A program made the translations under genes and the position numbers. A stretch of 63,148 nucleotides of DNA, filler included, from Collodictyon triciliatum (Eukaryota): assembly GCA_043381765.1 (NCBI GenBank). It is 5 parts of 5 records of this genome, joined end to end, with 100 filler letters (N's around TTAATTAATTAA, not from the genome) between each part and the next. Parts side by side here need not be neighbours in the genome. Positions count along the whole stretch, not along the records: positions 36,808 to 41,158 come from JBHJMP010000674.1; positions 41,259 to 50,492 come from JBHJMP010000675.1; positions 50,593 to 63,148 come from JBHJMP010000677.1; 2 more parts are not named here. One strand, given 5' to 3'. Position 1 is the stretch's first letter, and each line of letters starts with the position of its first letter. Positions 41,031 through 54,998 of this stretch are shown here, in pieces. The notes beneath the pieces are model-generated. The model was not told where the DNA came from and made no database searches. It saw nothing but the letters and a program-made list of their open reading frames with translations.

Positions 41031-41480
41031 TCAGAGGTACATTATATTTTCTTATTTCATTTAGTGTTGGGCGACGTGAACCCGAACGAGCCAAAATATC
41101 ATATTACTTTTTTTTTCTTTTTTTCTTTTTTTTTCTTTTTTCTCTTTTTTTTTTTTTTNNNNNNNNNNNNNNNNNNNNNNNNNNNNNNNNNNNNNNNNNN
41201 NNTTAATTAATTAANNNNNNNNNNNNNNNNNNNNNNNNNNNNNNNNNNNNNNNNNNNNCCGGAACAACAAAATATCTGATGTCTTTTTTTTTAAATTCCT
41301 ATGAAAAATAAAAAAAAAACAATGGCAAAAAAAAAAAAAAAAAGTTATGACAGTGTATTCGTCAGCTAATATTACGCATGAAAACTTTGAGGTGCACCCT
41401 CATCTGACACAAAAGCATAAAATGAAAATCTTTGATGTCACGGCAACATATGTGAAATCCTCGTCGCAGAATGAATGCAC

Positions 41481-42587
41481 CTTGCAACGCATCCGTCGAG
41501 CAAGCCCCATCGATGCACGGATTTCGCCGATGGAGTACAGAACATCCAGAGGAAATTCAATAAAAACAGGACCAGGAACGCCAGACATGGCTATCTGAAA
41601 AAATTGAATAGTTAGATAATTAGAGAGATTGAGAGAGAAATGGACAGAAGATATATAAAGATAAACAAGCGGCGTTCTACATTTTTGTTTTTATGAATTA
41701 AAAAAAAACATTTGCTAGAATTCAAGCTAACAAGTACGTTATTCATCAAGTATCATCCAGCTGTTGTACCTGAAAGGCTTTTTTGATTGTGGGAATAATG
41801 TCCTTGACACGCGTGATTGTCGCAGCAAACTTGACTATAGGGCGCAAAAGAACGATTTGGTCTATATCCTGAAGAGATCCGCGCCCTTTTAGCATCGTAG
41901 CTGCAGCACCGCCAATCAAAATAAGTGGTGATTGTGCCATTTGAGCATTCTTGACCGCTGTAATTGTATTTGTGATGCCAGGGCCGGCTGTGACTGCTGC
42001 CACACCTTAAGATGATGATACATATGCTGGTTGATTCGAATATTGACATTCTTATCAAATGGCGTGTATACGGTGGCCATTAAAAAAACAATCGTACAAA
42101 TAGGGAGATTCATTTTAGCATTATTCTCCATAACTAGTACAAAGGGGATATATTTGTCACTTCGTCAGTCATACCAGGAACGCCGGTTAGACGAGCGACA
42201 GCATCGGCTGCAAAAACTGTCGTTGCTTCATGTCTGTTTAATTTTAGAATATTCATAGGTATTGCGTCAACGACAAATTGTCAATTGCCCAAAAGAGTGT
42301 ACACTTCAAGTCATTTAAGATTCCCTTCTCTTTGTTAAAATGAGTATATCCTTTGGTGATCGCCTGATCAGTAGATGGGAAAGATGGATAGGAGAATAGA
42401 CGGAAAAGACGGGAAAGACGGGAAAGACGGGAAAGACGGAAAAGACAGAAAAAACAGAAAAGACAGAAAAGACGGAAAAGACGGAAAAGACGGAAAAGAT
42501 GGAAAAGATGGAAAAGATGGAAAAGATGGAAAAGATGGAAAAGATGGAAAAGATGGAAAAGACGGAAAAGATGGAAAAGATGGAAAA

Positions 42588-42680
<93 letters not shown>

Positions 42681-44117
42681 TGAAAAGATGAGAAGATGAG
42701 ATGTTACTAACCTCACATCGATGATACGAATACCCTTCTTCTTGGACTCCACCAAAATTGGCGAGATATGACCCCCGACCAACGTGAAGATAAACTTGAC
42801 TCCGTGCTGTGCCAGCGCAGTTGCAACCAATTCGCCTCCATTGCGCTCCGTATTGACCACAGCCCCGTATGGAATCGGCAGCGTCGACAGAAATCCTGCC
42901 GCATTTTCCCTTCAAAGTGTACATTGAATAATGTGTCGATGATGTTGAGTGAAGAAAACGAAGGTATGGCCAGAAATATGTCAAACAGAAGCTGTGAAAA
43001 GTGAAGCGTCTAGGTATGTAATGCTGTGATGGATGGATGGATGGATGGATGGATGGATGGATGGATGGATGGATGGATATATGAAAGCGAATAAAAATAA
43101 ACCCGCTGATATCATCGGTATTCGTGAGGCTCTCGCTTTTCGTCTCATCAGCCCTAAAACAAGTTCAAGCAATGAACAGAAGGCAGAGGTGATAAAATAA
43201 AATATGTGTACAAAAGTCTTATGGTTGGATGTGAGCGTAAGTGAGCCAAAGAAAGGGTCGCTGGTAGAAATTCAATAGTATGAAGTTCTTTTTATATCCT
43301 TTTGTGTTCTTTTTTGTTCTTTTTTGTTTCTTTTTACTTTTTTGTTCTCTTTCTTTTTTGTTTCTTTTTGTTTTCTTTTTGTTTTCTTTTTACTTTTTTG
43401 TTCTCTTTCTTTTTTGTTTCTTTTTTGTTTTCTTTTTTGTTTTCTTTTTTGTTTTCTATTTTGTTTTCTATTTTGTTTTCTATTTTGTTTTCTATTTTGT
43501 TTTCTATTTTGTTTTCTATTTTGTTTTCTATTTTGTTTTCTTTTTTGTTTTCTTTTTTGTTTTCTTTTTTGTTTTCTTTTTTGTTTTCTTTTTTGTTTTC
43601 TTTTTTGTTTTCTTTTTTGTTTCTTTTTACTTTTTTGTTCTCTTTTTTGTTCTCTTTTTTGTTTTCTTTTTTGTTTTCTTTTTTGTTTTCTTTTTTGTTT
43701 TCTTTNNNNNNNNNNNNNNNNNNNNNNNNNNNNNNNNNNNNNNNNNNNNNNNNNNNNNNNNNNNNNNNNNNNNNNNNNNNNNNNNNNNNNNNNNNNNNNN
43801 NNNNNTTTTGTTTTCTTTTTTGTTTTCTTTTTTGTTTTCTTTTTTGTTTTCTTTTTTGTTTTCTTTTTTGTTTTCTTTTTTGTTTTCTTTTTTGTTTTCT
43901 TTTTGTTTCCTTTTTGTTTCTTTTTGTTTCCTTTTTGTTTCTTTTTTTTGTTTCTTTTTTGTTTTCTTTTTGTTTCCTTGTGTCTATGAGGGCTGGCTAT
44001 TTCATTACGAAGGTTTTTTAAGCAAAGTTACCCATCGGCTTGCTGGCGGAGCGCGTTAAAGTGCGAGACTATGCGCTGTGCTCGTCGGTGACTCACTTCG
44101 CTCGAAAAAGGCTCCAT
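41481..44117 (-). CDS. ILVBL: ILVBL/HACL2-type thiamine-diphosphate enzyme (acetolactate-synthase-like 2-hydroxyacyl-CoA lyase), N-terminal half; rest lost at contig edge
   Basis: [98 protein letters not shown]. First exon inferred from ATG 44117 with phase-2 junctions. Confidence 0.88.
42397..42678 (+). repeat. (GGAAAAGAY)n array plus long poly(A) in an ILVBL intron
   Basis: Visible 9-mer array followed by an A homopolymer. Confidence 0.9.
43300..43975 (+). repeat. (TTTTTTGTTTTC)n 12-mer array in ILVBL intron 1
   Basis: Long degenerate array spanning an N gap. Confidence 0.9.
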
Positions 44118-44501
44118 CTGGAACCGTTGGAAAAACGCGGAGTCGGTCAAGCAGAAAAGGAACGGAGCGACGACGATGAAGAGAGAAAAAGAGTCGTAGT
44201 CAGCCGCAACGCCTCGCAGTCAGGTTAATAGCAACAGATCAACAGCGCAAAAAAGAAAGTGCGGTCTTTCACAGCTCCAAGTCATATTATATGATATTAA
44301 TATCATTTTTTGTTTACATATGCGTCACAGTGCCGAATTAAGGGTTATGTACATTATTTACTTTATTTTCCACATATGAATACTAGAGCTGCGTTCGCCA
44401 CCTCTGCCGGCAAGTATCCGAAATTCCACATCTCCATCTCAGCATCTAATCGCGCTGCTTCACGACAAATGGAATCCGCACATTGCATTTAGTGGATACG
44501 G

Positions 44502-46073
44502 CTACTCCTCGAGCGGGAGTTCACCGGAGGCAATGATGGTGACGGGCTTGATGGGTCGGTCCTGGGCGGCAGTCGGGTTCTGCTCGATGGTCTTGACGAT
44601 GTCCATGCCTTCCAAGATGCGGCCGAAGACGACGTGGCGACCGTCCAACCTGGCAAGCAAAGAGCCTGATTTGAGCGCAAACACCACGGCAAAATACACG
44701 CAGAACAGAAAGAGAAAGAGAAAGAGAAAGAGAAAGAGAAAGAGAAAGAGAAAGAGAACAGAGAAAGAGAACAGAGAAAGAGAACAGAGAAAGAGANNNN
44801 NNNNNNNNNNNNNNNNNNNNNNNNNNNNNNNGAGAACAGAGGCAAGAGAAAAGGAAAAAAGAAAGACAAGGTGAAAGCGAAAGTGCTGTTCTCAAAGAGG
44901 CAATAAAAGTAGGTATATCCACGCCGGGCTGAGAAGCCTGTGCAGGCGGCAAGGCCGAGATTGCACGCACACACGCACGCACCAGGGGGTTTTGACGGTG
45001 GTGATAAAGAATTGGCTGCCGTTGGTTCCGGGGCCGGCGTTTGCCATGGACAAGAGTCCCGGGCCGGTGTGTTTGATCTTGAAGTTTTCGTCTTCGAAGC
45101 GGTCACCGTAGATGCTTTTGCCACCGGTGCCGTCGCCACGGGTGAAGTCGCCGCCCTGAATCATGAAGTTGGGGATGACGCGGTGGAATCTGGCGAGAGG
45201 CGGGATGTCTGGATTAGTGGTGATGTGGAGTTTCATGCTGATGTTGATTTTGGTGGTGATGGTCATGGCTCTTGGCATGTGATGGCAGAGAGGACGGTGG
45301 CGCAAAGATACTTGGAGCCCTGGTAGCCGAAGCCTCGCTCCATGGTGCAGAGGGCGCGGAAGTTCTCCACAGTCTTTGGGACGGTTGCTCCATACTGAAT
45401 CGTGCGTGATTTGCATGTGGCGGAGTTAGTTTCTTTCTCTTTTTCTTTTTAAGAGAAGGTTTGAAACGTTAGCAGGTGAGTGCTATTTTAGGTCGGATTT
45501 GAATGGGTTTGAGTGAGCAGATTAATTGAGGCAAAGAAGGAATGCTATGAAGGAAGGAGTTGGAGAGCCAACCAAGCCCATGATGACGCGGCCGGCGATC
45601 TCATCTCCGATCTCTAGATTGTGTTGGGCAAAGAATTAGTTTGCGATTCTTTGTGTGGTTTCCTTTTGCTGTTTGGCTTGATTTGAGGTCAGATGTCAGG
45701 ACGGTTAGGACACATGTTGGAAGAAAACACGCACGGATATCGAAGTAAACTTTGTGGGTGACCTTCGGGGTCTTCTGTTCACGTGGGTTACGCATAGGCA
45801 AAAATATTGATTAGGACATATTGTCTGTAGCTTTGATTCATGACTCCACACTATGCTCAGAGAAATACGAAGCAAAAATTCAAAAATCAAAAACACAACA
45901 CAAGCAAGAGGAAGAGCAGATAGGAAGAATAAGCCAAAAAAACAAAAAACAAAGGTAGATCATCAAATTGTCTAGAGTAGTTGCGGGACTGAAAAGAAAA
46001 TTACCGAAGCAGAGGCCGAGTTCAGGAGAAGGGCCACCGCCAAGAACGAAACAAACAACAGGGTTGGGCGCAT
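44502..46073 (-). CDS. PPIB: Cyclophilin B (secretory-pathway peptidyl-prolyl isomerase), six exons
   Basis: Signal peptide [110 protein letters not shown]. All junctions phase-checked. Confidence 0.95.
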
Positions 46074-46629
46074 TCTGCAGATTCTGCATTTCGACACAAT
46101 AAAAGTCAGCGGGTTCTGTGTCTTTGCGAAGGGGAAGCCGCGAAGCAGGTGCGTTGCCGTCGGAATCTGATTCATCGTGGACACACACAAGAAATCAATG
46201 TTGTCTCAGCTTGGATCGGGAGCGGCTGAAAGATTCATGGAAACGGCCCCAATCCGATTAGGTATACGTTCTGATGAAGATGGTAACCAACTTCGTGAAT
46301 ATGTACTGCATTTCTGGAAACAATAATATTGTTCGTGGCGCGTGCATCACACCTTTCTCTTTATCTTATCCGCCACTTGCAAAACAATCCGCGCAGCCGA
46401 AGGAGACTTTGTTGCGTAATGGTCACTTTATTAATGATGTCGTTCGGCTAGAATGAGGGGTAGGACATGTGGGGAGAATCGAAGGAGGGCAGGTTTGGGA
46501 TAAGAAAAGGAAGAGGAGGAGAGAGAGAAATCGACGAGGATGTGGCATAAAGTCCGGCGGTTTGCATCTTTTCACCTTTCAAACCCCAGTTACGTGCGAA
46601 GCTCGGTGAAAAAAAGAAGGGGCTTGGCG

Positions 46630-49600
46630 TTAATCATCGTGGCAACGCTCATCACGTCGCCCATCCTCTTCATCAGAGTCGGAGAATTCGTCGTCACGGG
46701 CAACTCGTCTGTCTCGTTCTCTCTCTGCCATTACACATTCATAAAACAAAGAGGGACATGATGTCACGACTCAATCCGATATCAACTCGACGGTAAATGT
46801 AGAAGTAAAAGTTTTTCGAACACATAGGTGAAGTGCCATACGTGAGACACGGACATCTGGGTCATCTTCGTCTTCGTCTGAGGAGTATGATGCAAAGTCT
46901 GGAGGGACCTATGGGACAGATATATATAAAAGCAAGAAGAAGAAAAGAGAGAAGGAGGAAAGGAAGAAGAAAAGGCTGCCTCAAAATCGATGTTCTTTCT
47001 GTTAGAATACTGGCGGAAACTTACGTGTTGAATGGGCACAGACGGCGCTGACGGAAGATTACGAAGGTTCTCTGTGATATGGATTCTGTTGATTTGTTCA
47101 TCATGAGAAGAAGAAAATACAATACACGAATTTTGATGTTTATGTGCTAGACGCAAGGCGATATTCAAAACAAATAAATATAGAATGATAAAATTCTTGA
47201 AAAGTCCGACCGGAGTTTCTCGAGGTAATCTCGGGTGTTCATATTCTCCATATTTCTACATGATTGAACATTACAATTAAGAACAGTCCAAGTCCAAAGA
47301 CAAGTGCATATTTTTTTTTTCAATTGTCGAGCTATCTATGCTTGTAAATATGGTTGCACAGGTGACTTACGTCGACGGGACGTTCAGCCGATAATCAGGG
47401 CCGTAGTATTCGTAGTATTCCCCGAATGGAAGCTCTGGACAATAATTCGATACCCAATCAGCAAAAACGTAACAACAATAAATCGGTCATAGAATCAAAC
47501 ATCCAATAAACCTGTTAAAAAAGAAGAAAAAAGAGGCATCATCCATATAGGTTGCTACGATGTAGAAAACATATCTGTCAAAATAAGACAACCTTCGTGA
47601 AGGTCGCAGCCGATGGCACATGCAGTTTCATAGGTCCAGCAACGCGCAACATTTCGAATCGTGTATCCACCACCACCAAGAATCAGGGTTGGAAGGCCAA
47701 AGCTTTGCACATACTGGACACACATTGCATGGCCTATGTTAATCACAGAATGCGGAAGATACAATTAAATTGAATACTGAGAGTAGTTCAGGAAAATCAA
47801 CCATCCCGACGGTATACCCAGCGGTGACGAATTAGTGAGTGTAAGTTCAAGACGTGATGGGCTAGTGCACATGGCTTCATAAATTCTGCGAGTGATAATG
47901 TACACATACCACGCATGGAAAGATTGAAGCAGCCCAAACGATCCCCAGCCAATGAATCGCAACCACATTGCAGCACAACAGCACCAGGCTGATACCATTT
48001 CATAACCATCTCAATTATCTGTAGGCATGGAAAATCGAATCAGCAAATCAGCACACCAATCGTACGTCGTTTAATTATAATTGCAGGATTGTGTCTTTTC
48101 ACTTTTTCTTTGTTTTATGCTGTTCCCAGTTATTCAAAGAGCCCATGCATATCATTTTCCTTTCGTTATGTTCTCCATATTTGACTCCAACTTACATTTT
48201 TGAAGTATATTTCATACGTTTCATCATCGATTCCGTCTTTCAATGGGAAATTAAGTGAGTAATATTTTCCTTCGTGAATACCAACGTCCTAAAATACAAT
48301 ATATATAAATTAATAATAAAGTATGATACAAAGAATCAATAAAATATAGGCGTACATCGGCATATCATGCTACGTTCTTTAAAAGGGAGGTTACGTTAAC
48401 GTGACCGGTTCCGGGGAAAAAGTCTCCAAATTTATGGAATGACACCGTCATCACTCGATTCGTGGTATAAAATGCCTCCTCCACACCATCTCCATGATGA
48501 ACATCAACATCGATGTACAAGACTCGTTGGTGATGTCTAGTTTATATCCAGGAAAATAGCAAGAGATAGAGACCGGTTCAATCATATGTCCTTCATTTTC
48601 AAAATGTCAAGTAATAATTATAGGACACATAGATATTCGTATACAATTAGATGATTGAGCGAAAGGAAAAGAAAAAAACACATCGCTAGAAAAAATACGC
48701 CGAATCTTACTTCAGCAATTCCAGAATAGATAACACAATGTCGTTCACATAACAAAAACCCGAGGCTTTTGACTTCTTCGCATGATGAAGTCCTATATGA
48801 AACAGTGTGCAACTCAGCTCTTTTGAAATCATGGACTGAAACAAAACTCGTTACTCAGTCCGCATAGTGTACCAATAAAGACAATTAGTTGACATGAACT
48901 AGTGAATGATACGTGAAAATCAGATGTAATCTTTGCATACCACCAGCCCAATTGATGGCAACGTCATGGTTTTTAGAATTCAAGCGGACAGCAGATTCTT
49001 TACACGTGAAAAAAGATAAGTTTTCGTTTGTTTGTTTGTTTGTTTGTTTGTTTGTTTGTTTGTTTGTTTGTTTGTTTGTTTGTTTGTTTGTTTGTTTGTT
49101 TGTTTGTTTGTTTGTTTGTTTACTCTGAATGAAATAAAAGTAAGCAAAAGGCCTGATACAGCTGAATAAGTCTTACCGATGGAGCCACCGGCTGATATTT
49201 GACAAAACTGATATAGTCCATCAAACACGGGACAATCTTCACCAACATTGACTAGCAGATTTAGGATGATGCAATAAGTCTCACGTGGTATATTGGTTAA
49301 TACCAATGAATACCAAATTCTATCGATCCATAAATTACAGTAGCACCAAAAGATAAAGCAAAATACGAATGAATGGAAAATTCTTCACAAAATTGGAGCT
49401 GTTCAAGGTATTCTTGCGAGTTGTCGGGTGTTATGAGCTTCAAGAAGTTGATGTAATCGTCACTGTGAAACTTGGTCATATCAGACTCCTTGGCAAGGGA
49501 TGGTCTCTGCAAATGAAAAATTAAAGAGCCACATTAGGAGCGAAAGGGACCGATAGAGATAAGACAGTCGCACTTTTAATTTGGTTTCTCAAATTATCGA

Positions 49601-50131
49601 TACTCCGATAAATCCAATATCATGATTCAACACAAATTAATAGGAATACAAAGAGGGAAACGCTTAAATGCACGCAGAATGGCACAGACAGTCGAAACTT
49701 ACAAAGACTTCCATCTTGTTAAAAAGCCCGTAGTTAACGATTAGGTCATGGGTCATGCGAATACGATGCGGCTTCATCGGGTGATGCTGGGAGTAGTAAA
49801 AGTTTCCGATCTCCTCTATGTTGTTTATTTATTTGGATTGTTGATATTAATAATGAATTCTTGTGAAAAGGAACCTCCACACAATTAATTGAAACAAGTA
49901 TGAAGAAAGATAACAAACGATAAAAGATGAAAGATAAAAGATGAAAGATAGAAATACAAAAAATAAAAGATAAAAGATAAAAGATAAAAGATAAAATATA
50001 AAATATAAAAGATAAAATATAAAAGATAAAAGATAAAAGACAAAAGACAAAAGACAAAAGACAAAAGACAAAAACCGACGATCATAGAAGTAGGCCACAC
50101 GCCGACGACCCGAACGTGAGCTGCTCGCCAT
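46630..50131 (-). CDS. HDAC1: Class I histone deacetylase (HDAC1/Rpd3)
   Basis: [112 protein letters not shown]-terminal EFSDSDEED. Confidence 0.97.
49026..49121 (+). repeat. (GTTT)n microsatellite in an HDAC intron
   Basis: Perfect tetramer array. Confidence 0.95.
49905..50072 (-). repeat. (TTTTGTC)n/(TTTTATC)n array in HDAC intron 1
   Basis: Same heptamer, on the sense strand, as in intron 1 of the glycosyltransferase. Confidence 0.9.
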
Positions 50132-50956
50132 TTGTCGGGTGCACTCTTTGTTTGAAGAGCCCTTTCAGAAGAGTGTTTGTTAGTGATATTTGACCTCTGC
50201 TTCAATGATTTTCCATCATAATTCCGTGTTCTTTCTCAAGGCTTGGGTAACTTTGCGTGGAAAAAGGCTGCTTGCTAAAAAACCATTCGAAAAGAGCGCC
50301 ACAATATACTTTACTTTGCTTAACACCTCTATGGGAGACTTTCAACGTCGTAATTTTTTTATTCTTGAGAGATACAAAAACAAAAGAAAACAAGCAAAAG
50401 AAAAGAAAAGAAAAGAAAAGAAAAGAAAAGAAAAGAAAAGAAAAGAAAAGAAAAGAAAAGAAAAGAAAAGAAAAGAAAAGAAAAGAAAAGAANNNNNNNN
50501 NNNNNNNNNNNNNNNNNNNNNNNNNNNNNNNNNNNNTTAATTAATTAANNNNNNNNNNNNNNNNNNNNNNNNNNNNNNNNNNNNNNNNNNNNAAAAAAAA
50601 AACAAAAAAAACAAAAAAAACAAAAAAAACAAAAAAAACCAAAAAAAACAAAAAAAAATCAAAAAACAGAAAACAACAACAACAAAAACAACAAAAAGAA
50701 CAAAAAGAACAAAAAGAACAAAAAGAACAAAAACAACAAAAAGAACAAAAACAACAAAAAGAACAAAAAGAACAAAAACAACAAAAACAACAAAAACAAC
50801 AAAAACAACAAAAACAACAGCAACAACAACAACAACAACAAAACAACAACAAAAAAAAAACTATGCAACATAAGCCCGTGAGGCCGGTTTCACCTTTGGA
50901 GCACCCAGATCAAAATCGCACGGATCAAAAACACAGAGGAAAAGAGGCGGCAGAGA

Positions 50957-53143
50957 ATGAGCCTCGGGGCAGCAGGCGCACAAAGCGACGCACCCACCGA
51001 TCCCGAAACCCACGATCTCAGCGAGGTTGTGTCTCTGACGAGTCCCGGAAGGATGTTGTGGCACTTGTTCTCTGTGCGGCAGCCGCGCCACGGGACACAT
51101 CCGCTCAGCCGCAGCCAGCTTGTCATCCTCTTTGTCTCCGGCTGTCAGTCGCTGTTCCTCTTTGTGCTCAATGTCGACATGCTTGCCGAGGGCACGGAAA
51201 GGCCTGCCATTCCAGCCAAGCCGCTGGGGCGTTTTGCCCTTCGCGTCTCTTTCGTTTGCCTACTCTCTGTGCTATTTGTTCTTGTTCTTCTGTCTCCTCC
51301 TTATTGCGCGGGATGGTTTCTTCCTTCAACAACATTTTTTTTATTATCATTCCTTTCAGTTTTGTGTTCCTTTAACAACATAATGATGGTTGCAATTCGT
51401 TTATTCTCGTAGGTGTGCCAACCCCCCTTGTCGGTCAACAACAAATGCATTCTACTCTATCACACTATTCATCCTGACATTCTTCGGTCTCTACTTCACC
51501 ATTAGCGCTGTATGTACCCTCACTTCCAATCACAATGTTTACCAAAATTTTCTTCTTCCTATTCTAGTATCCACTTCTCTGTTCAAACGTAAACATATTC
51601 CCTCGTTTTAACGAGAGCAAAGAACATTTTAGTCACATAACAATTATATTGTGTGTACCAATCAATAAATGTGTCAAACCGTTGTATATGAACATATACA
51701 TATCATGTGTCCATAAACCCTTTTTTTTTCTCATATCATAGTCTATCATTTTTATAGCTTTTCTTTTTGGCAACAAAAAATGCCGGGCTTCTAATAAAAA
51801 ATTTTTTTGTCTTAATAGAACATGAGTATGAATGATTATGAGCATATAGCTTATCTGGTCAATCTCCTTTTGGTCACTCTGTACGCTATTTTTCAGGTTT
51901 CCCCTACAAATTGAAAAATCAACCTTACTATAGACTTACTTATTCGATGTTTATACTCATATCAATATTACTCTGCATTCGAGTGGTTTTTTTCATTCAA
52001 TTTTTTTTAATCCTATGTATTATAACAAAGATAAATCATATTTTGCTGTGATAATATTTTCCCACTCAACCTTCCATTGAAACGTCGCATAAATTTCCAA
52101 GATGACATATGAAAATATATGGTTTATTTATTTTACTTTATTGATGATGTTGATATTGGGATCTGACTCATTACTGAAGAAAAATTACATCCCTAAACAG
52201 GTTTCTGTCAACCAAGAAACACAGTTTGTAATCATGACTATCGTGTGCGTATCTTCCACCTTTCTCTCTGCTGTCGCGTCCTTTTTTGTTTTTCGACAGA
52301 TTGGATTGAAAAGGTTTATCATATCTCTTAAGGGCCATGAATCAAGAGGTATATACGCATATTCATTTATTTGGGTAGTTTTCGAATATATAAATTATCG
52401 AATAAGTATAGCATCTTTTAATACATATATTACAGCACTCATCTACTTCTATATTTTCATCAAAGACACGTTCCAAATATTCGAATTTAAATTCATATAA
52501 ATCCTGTGTTTCTGTAGATGTATGGAAAATGAGGCAGTCCTTTTACACCGCAATCAAAGTAGATCTGATGATGGGTCTCATTCTCTTGTCTATGGTCAGC
52601 GTTTACTTTTTAGACGAACTCGGTCGTGAGTTTATATTAGCCGTAATTGTCTTCTTTATCTCCTTTGTATGGGTGGCACAAGGAATAATATCAGTAATTT
52701 TACAAATTTTCAAATAACAAATTTATATTATTTTCCAACATCCAATTTCCGACAGTTTCTCACTCCATGAACAACCGAAATGTATATTTTATTCTTTTTT
52801 CTCGCAAAACTATTCTATATTTAAATTAATAAAATTACACCAGATTGCATCGCCAAACGACTACCTTTACTACCTGTTCAATCTTATCGGATGTGTCACT
52901 CCTATTTATATCATCTATAAAATGGTCACAATGGTAGATGAAGAAGATTTCCCACACGATTTATTTGTTGCAACTGGTAGCTTTGGTATGCTCATACGTT
53001 TCGGCGTCCTTCGTCTTACATACATATTGAGGAAGAAATGGCTTTATTACTTGGTCGATCAGCTCAGAAGACGAATTAATAGACCTCTCGGACGAGGAGA
53101 GAACGTCATTGAAAATCTTCGCTCCGTGTTGGATATTACTTGA
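50957..53143 (+). CDS. Multi-pass membrane protein, possibly UPF0658-like
   Basis: About 7-8 hydrophobic segments over spliced exons. FRQIGLKRF..MRQSFYTAIKVDLMMG and IYIIYKMVTM resemble the UPF0658 pattern by eye only. Confidence 0.6.
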
Positions 53144-54732
53144 CTGACCTAGTGCTTTTACCTTTCGATTAATATGAGACATTTTAGCCTATCCTTTTTA
53201 CCCTGTCGACGCTATTTTTTAATCTTGATATCCAAAGCTTGTCATCTATATGGCTTATTTCGTATAAAATTTGCCCACTGTTTACACATTATAGCGTAGC
53301 GTGTATTCGTTAGATTGCGCACTAATTTTTAAGCAAATATATCGTTCCACTATTTTCAAAATGATAATAAATAAATAAATAAATAAATAAATAAAAATAA
53401 TATGTGAAAGCCAGGGTCAGTTTGTGAAACTTTAAATCTCCTGAAAGTTCCCAATAAGGTTGATGTAATAGTGTGTATCCAAGTAGATATATACTCTGGA
53501 ATATAAGATATGTATGCAAATAGACATACCTACCGCAACCAATTTTTTTTCATTTCTTTTTCCGATGCCTTAACAGTCATAATGGTCTCAAGAGAATGAT
53601 ACTTGAAATAATAATATTTCCCCCCTTTATTTGATCCGAAGTAAAATAAAATTAAAATAGTATAGACAAAGCATCAGCGGACGAAAGGAGATGAACGAGT
53701 CTAGGGTATCAAAGCCGATTTCTAATCAAAATTGCAATATCTAATGATTATGAGTAGTCTAGAATGCATAGTTTATTCATAAGAAGAACATTTGAAATCT
53801 CATTTCTAAAAAGAGCATACAACAGGAAAACCCAAGACGGATGCTGAGCTAATCATCATGGATTTGTAATCAGTAATCAGCACACTTGAAAACCCCCTGG
53901 AATGAGTTTGTTGCCCATAAACAAAGCATTTTCAAACTGCACAATAGTCAGGACGACGGACTTTGCAGCCCTTAAAAAGACCTCTGAAGATTATTGACGT
54001 ATAAGACAATATTCCGGTCATCGGCACAACCGAACCGAAGCCACCCAAAGTTTCACAGTTTGAACCCAAAGGCCATTGACACGAAACCACCACCCGAACC
54101 ACACACCCCCCATGGGACTCCAAATACGGGAGCCTGATTACAGGGCCGATTGCAATCTACTTCCTTAAGCGGACTGACGAAAGAGGAAAAGGCGATTTGC
54201 ATCTGCGCTATTTATAAAGCAGAATCCCGGTTGCGGCAGACGATCAAAGGGCGGCGCGGTTGAACCCGATCGACAAGCAGCAAAGCAGTGGGCGTTTGTA
54301 GTGTGACTTTGGGAGCGCGTGAGCGTTTATATGTTGAAGTACTCGTGGGTTTGTTGGGCCGGTGGGTTTTCAGACCTGATCGGCGTTTGTTCCCTGGGCG
54401 AGCAGAGCAGACGACTTGGCCTTTAGCTTGTAGGGCGCACGATGCACAAAACACAGAGCTGCGGCAGAGAAAGTCTATGGTCTCCCCTCTCTCAGACCTT
54501 CTCCGCTTTTCTCGGCGCACAGACAAAGGAAGAAAGGGAACAAAGATCAAAGACATATATATATATAATTATGATAAAAATAGTAATTGGAAAATAATCG
54601 TCTATGTGCACAGTTAGAAGCCGCCTCTGGTTGCCATGAGTAGGGCCACTTCGGGTCCGATGACACTGCTGGGCAGTTCGCATTCCTCCATGGTGAGTCC
54701 ACACGCGCTGACTCAGAATCCTTCGCATCTCA

Positions 54733-54967
54733 ATGCTTATGCTCATTTCTTGTCCGCAGCGCCCTGGCAGTGAAGTCAGCCTCAATGTTTTCCCATCGCA
54801 CGGCACAAACACAAGTAACGGAGTCGACGTCGGTACTGATATCGACACAGAAGCAGGCTGTGCAGAGCAACACGTGCCTGAAGCGGAGAAGACAATCAGT
54901 TCTTCTCCGAGGAAGAGTGGCCTCAAGTATGCCTCTTTGCTGCTATGCTAATGCATATGTCTAATGC

Positions 54968-54998
<31 letters not shown>

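Noticed and set aside
53674-53860. Box C/D snoRNA candidate (minus-strand ATGATGA ... CTGA)
   Set aside because: Boxes are about 185 nt apart, with no terminal stem and no rRNA-complementary guide that I could recognise.
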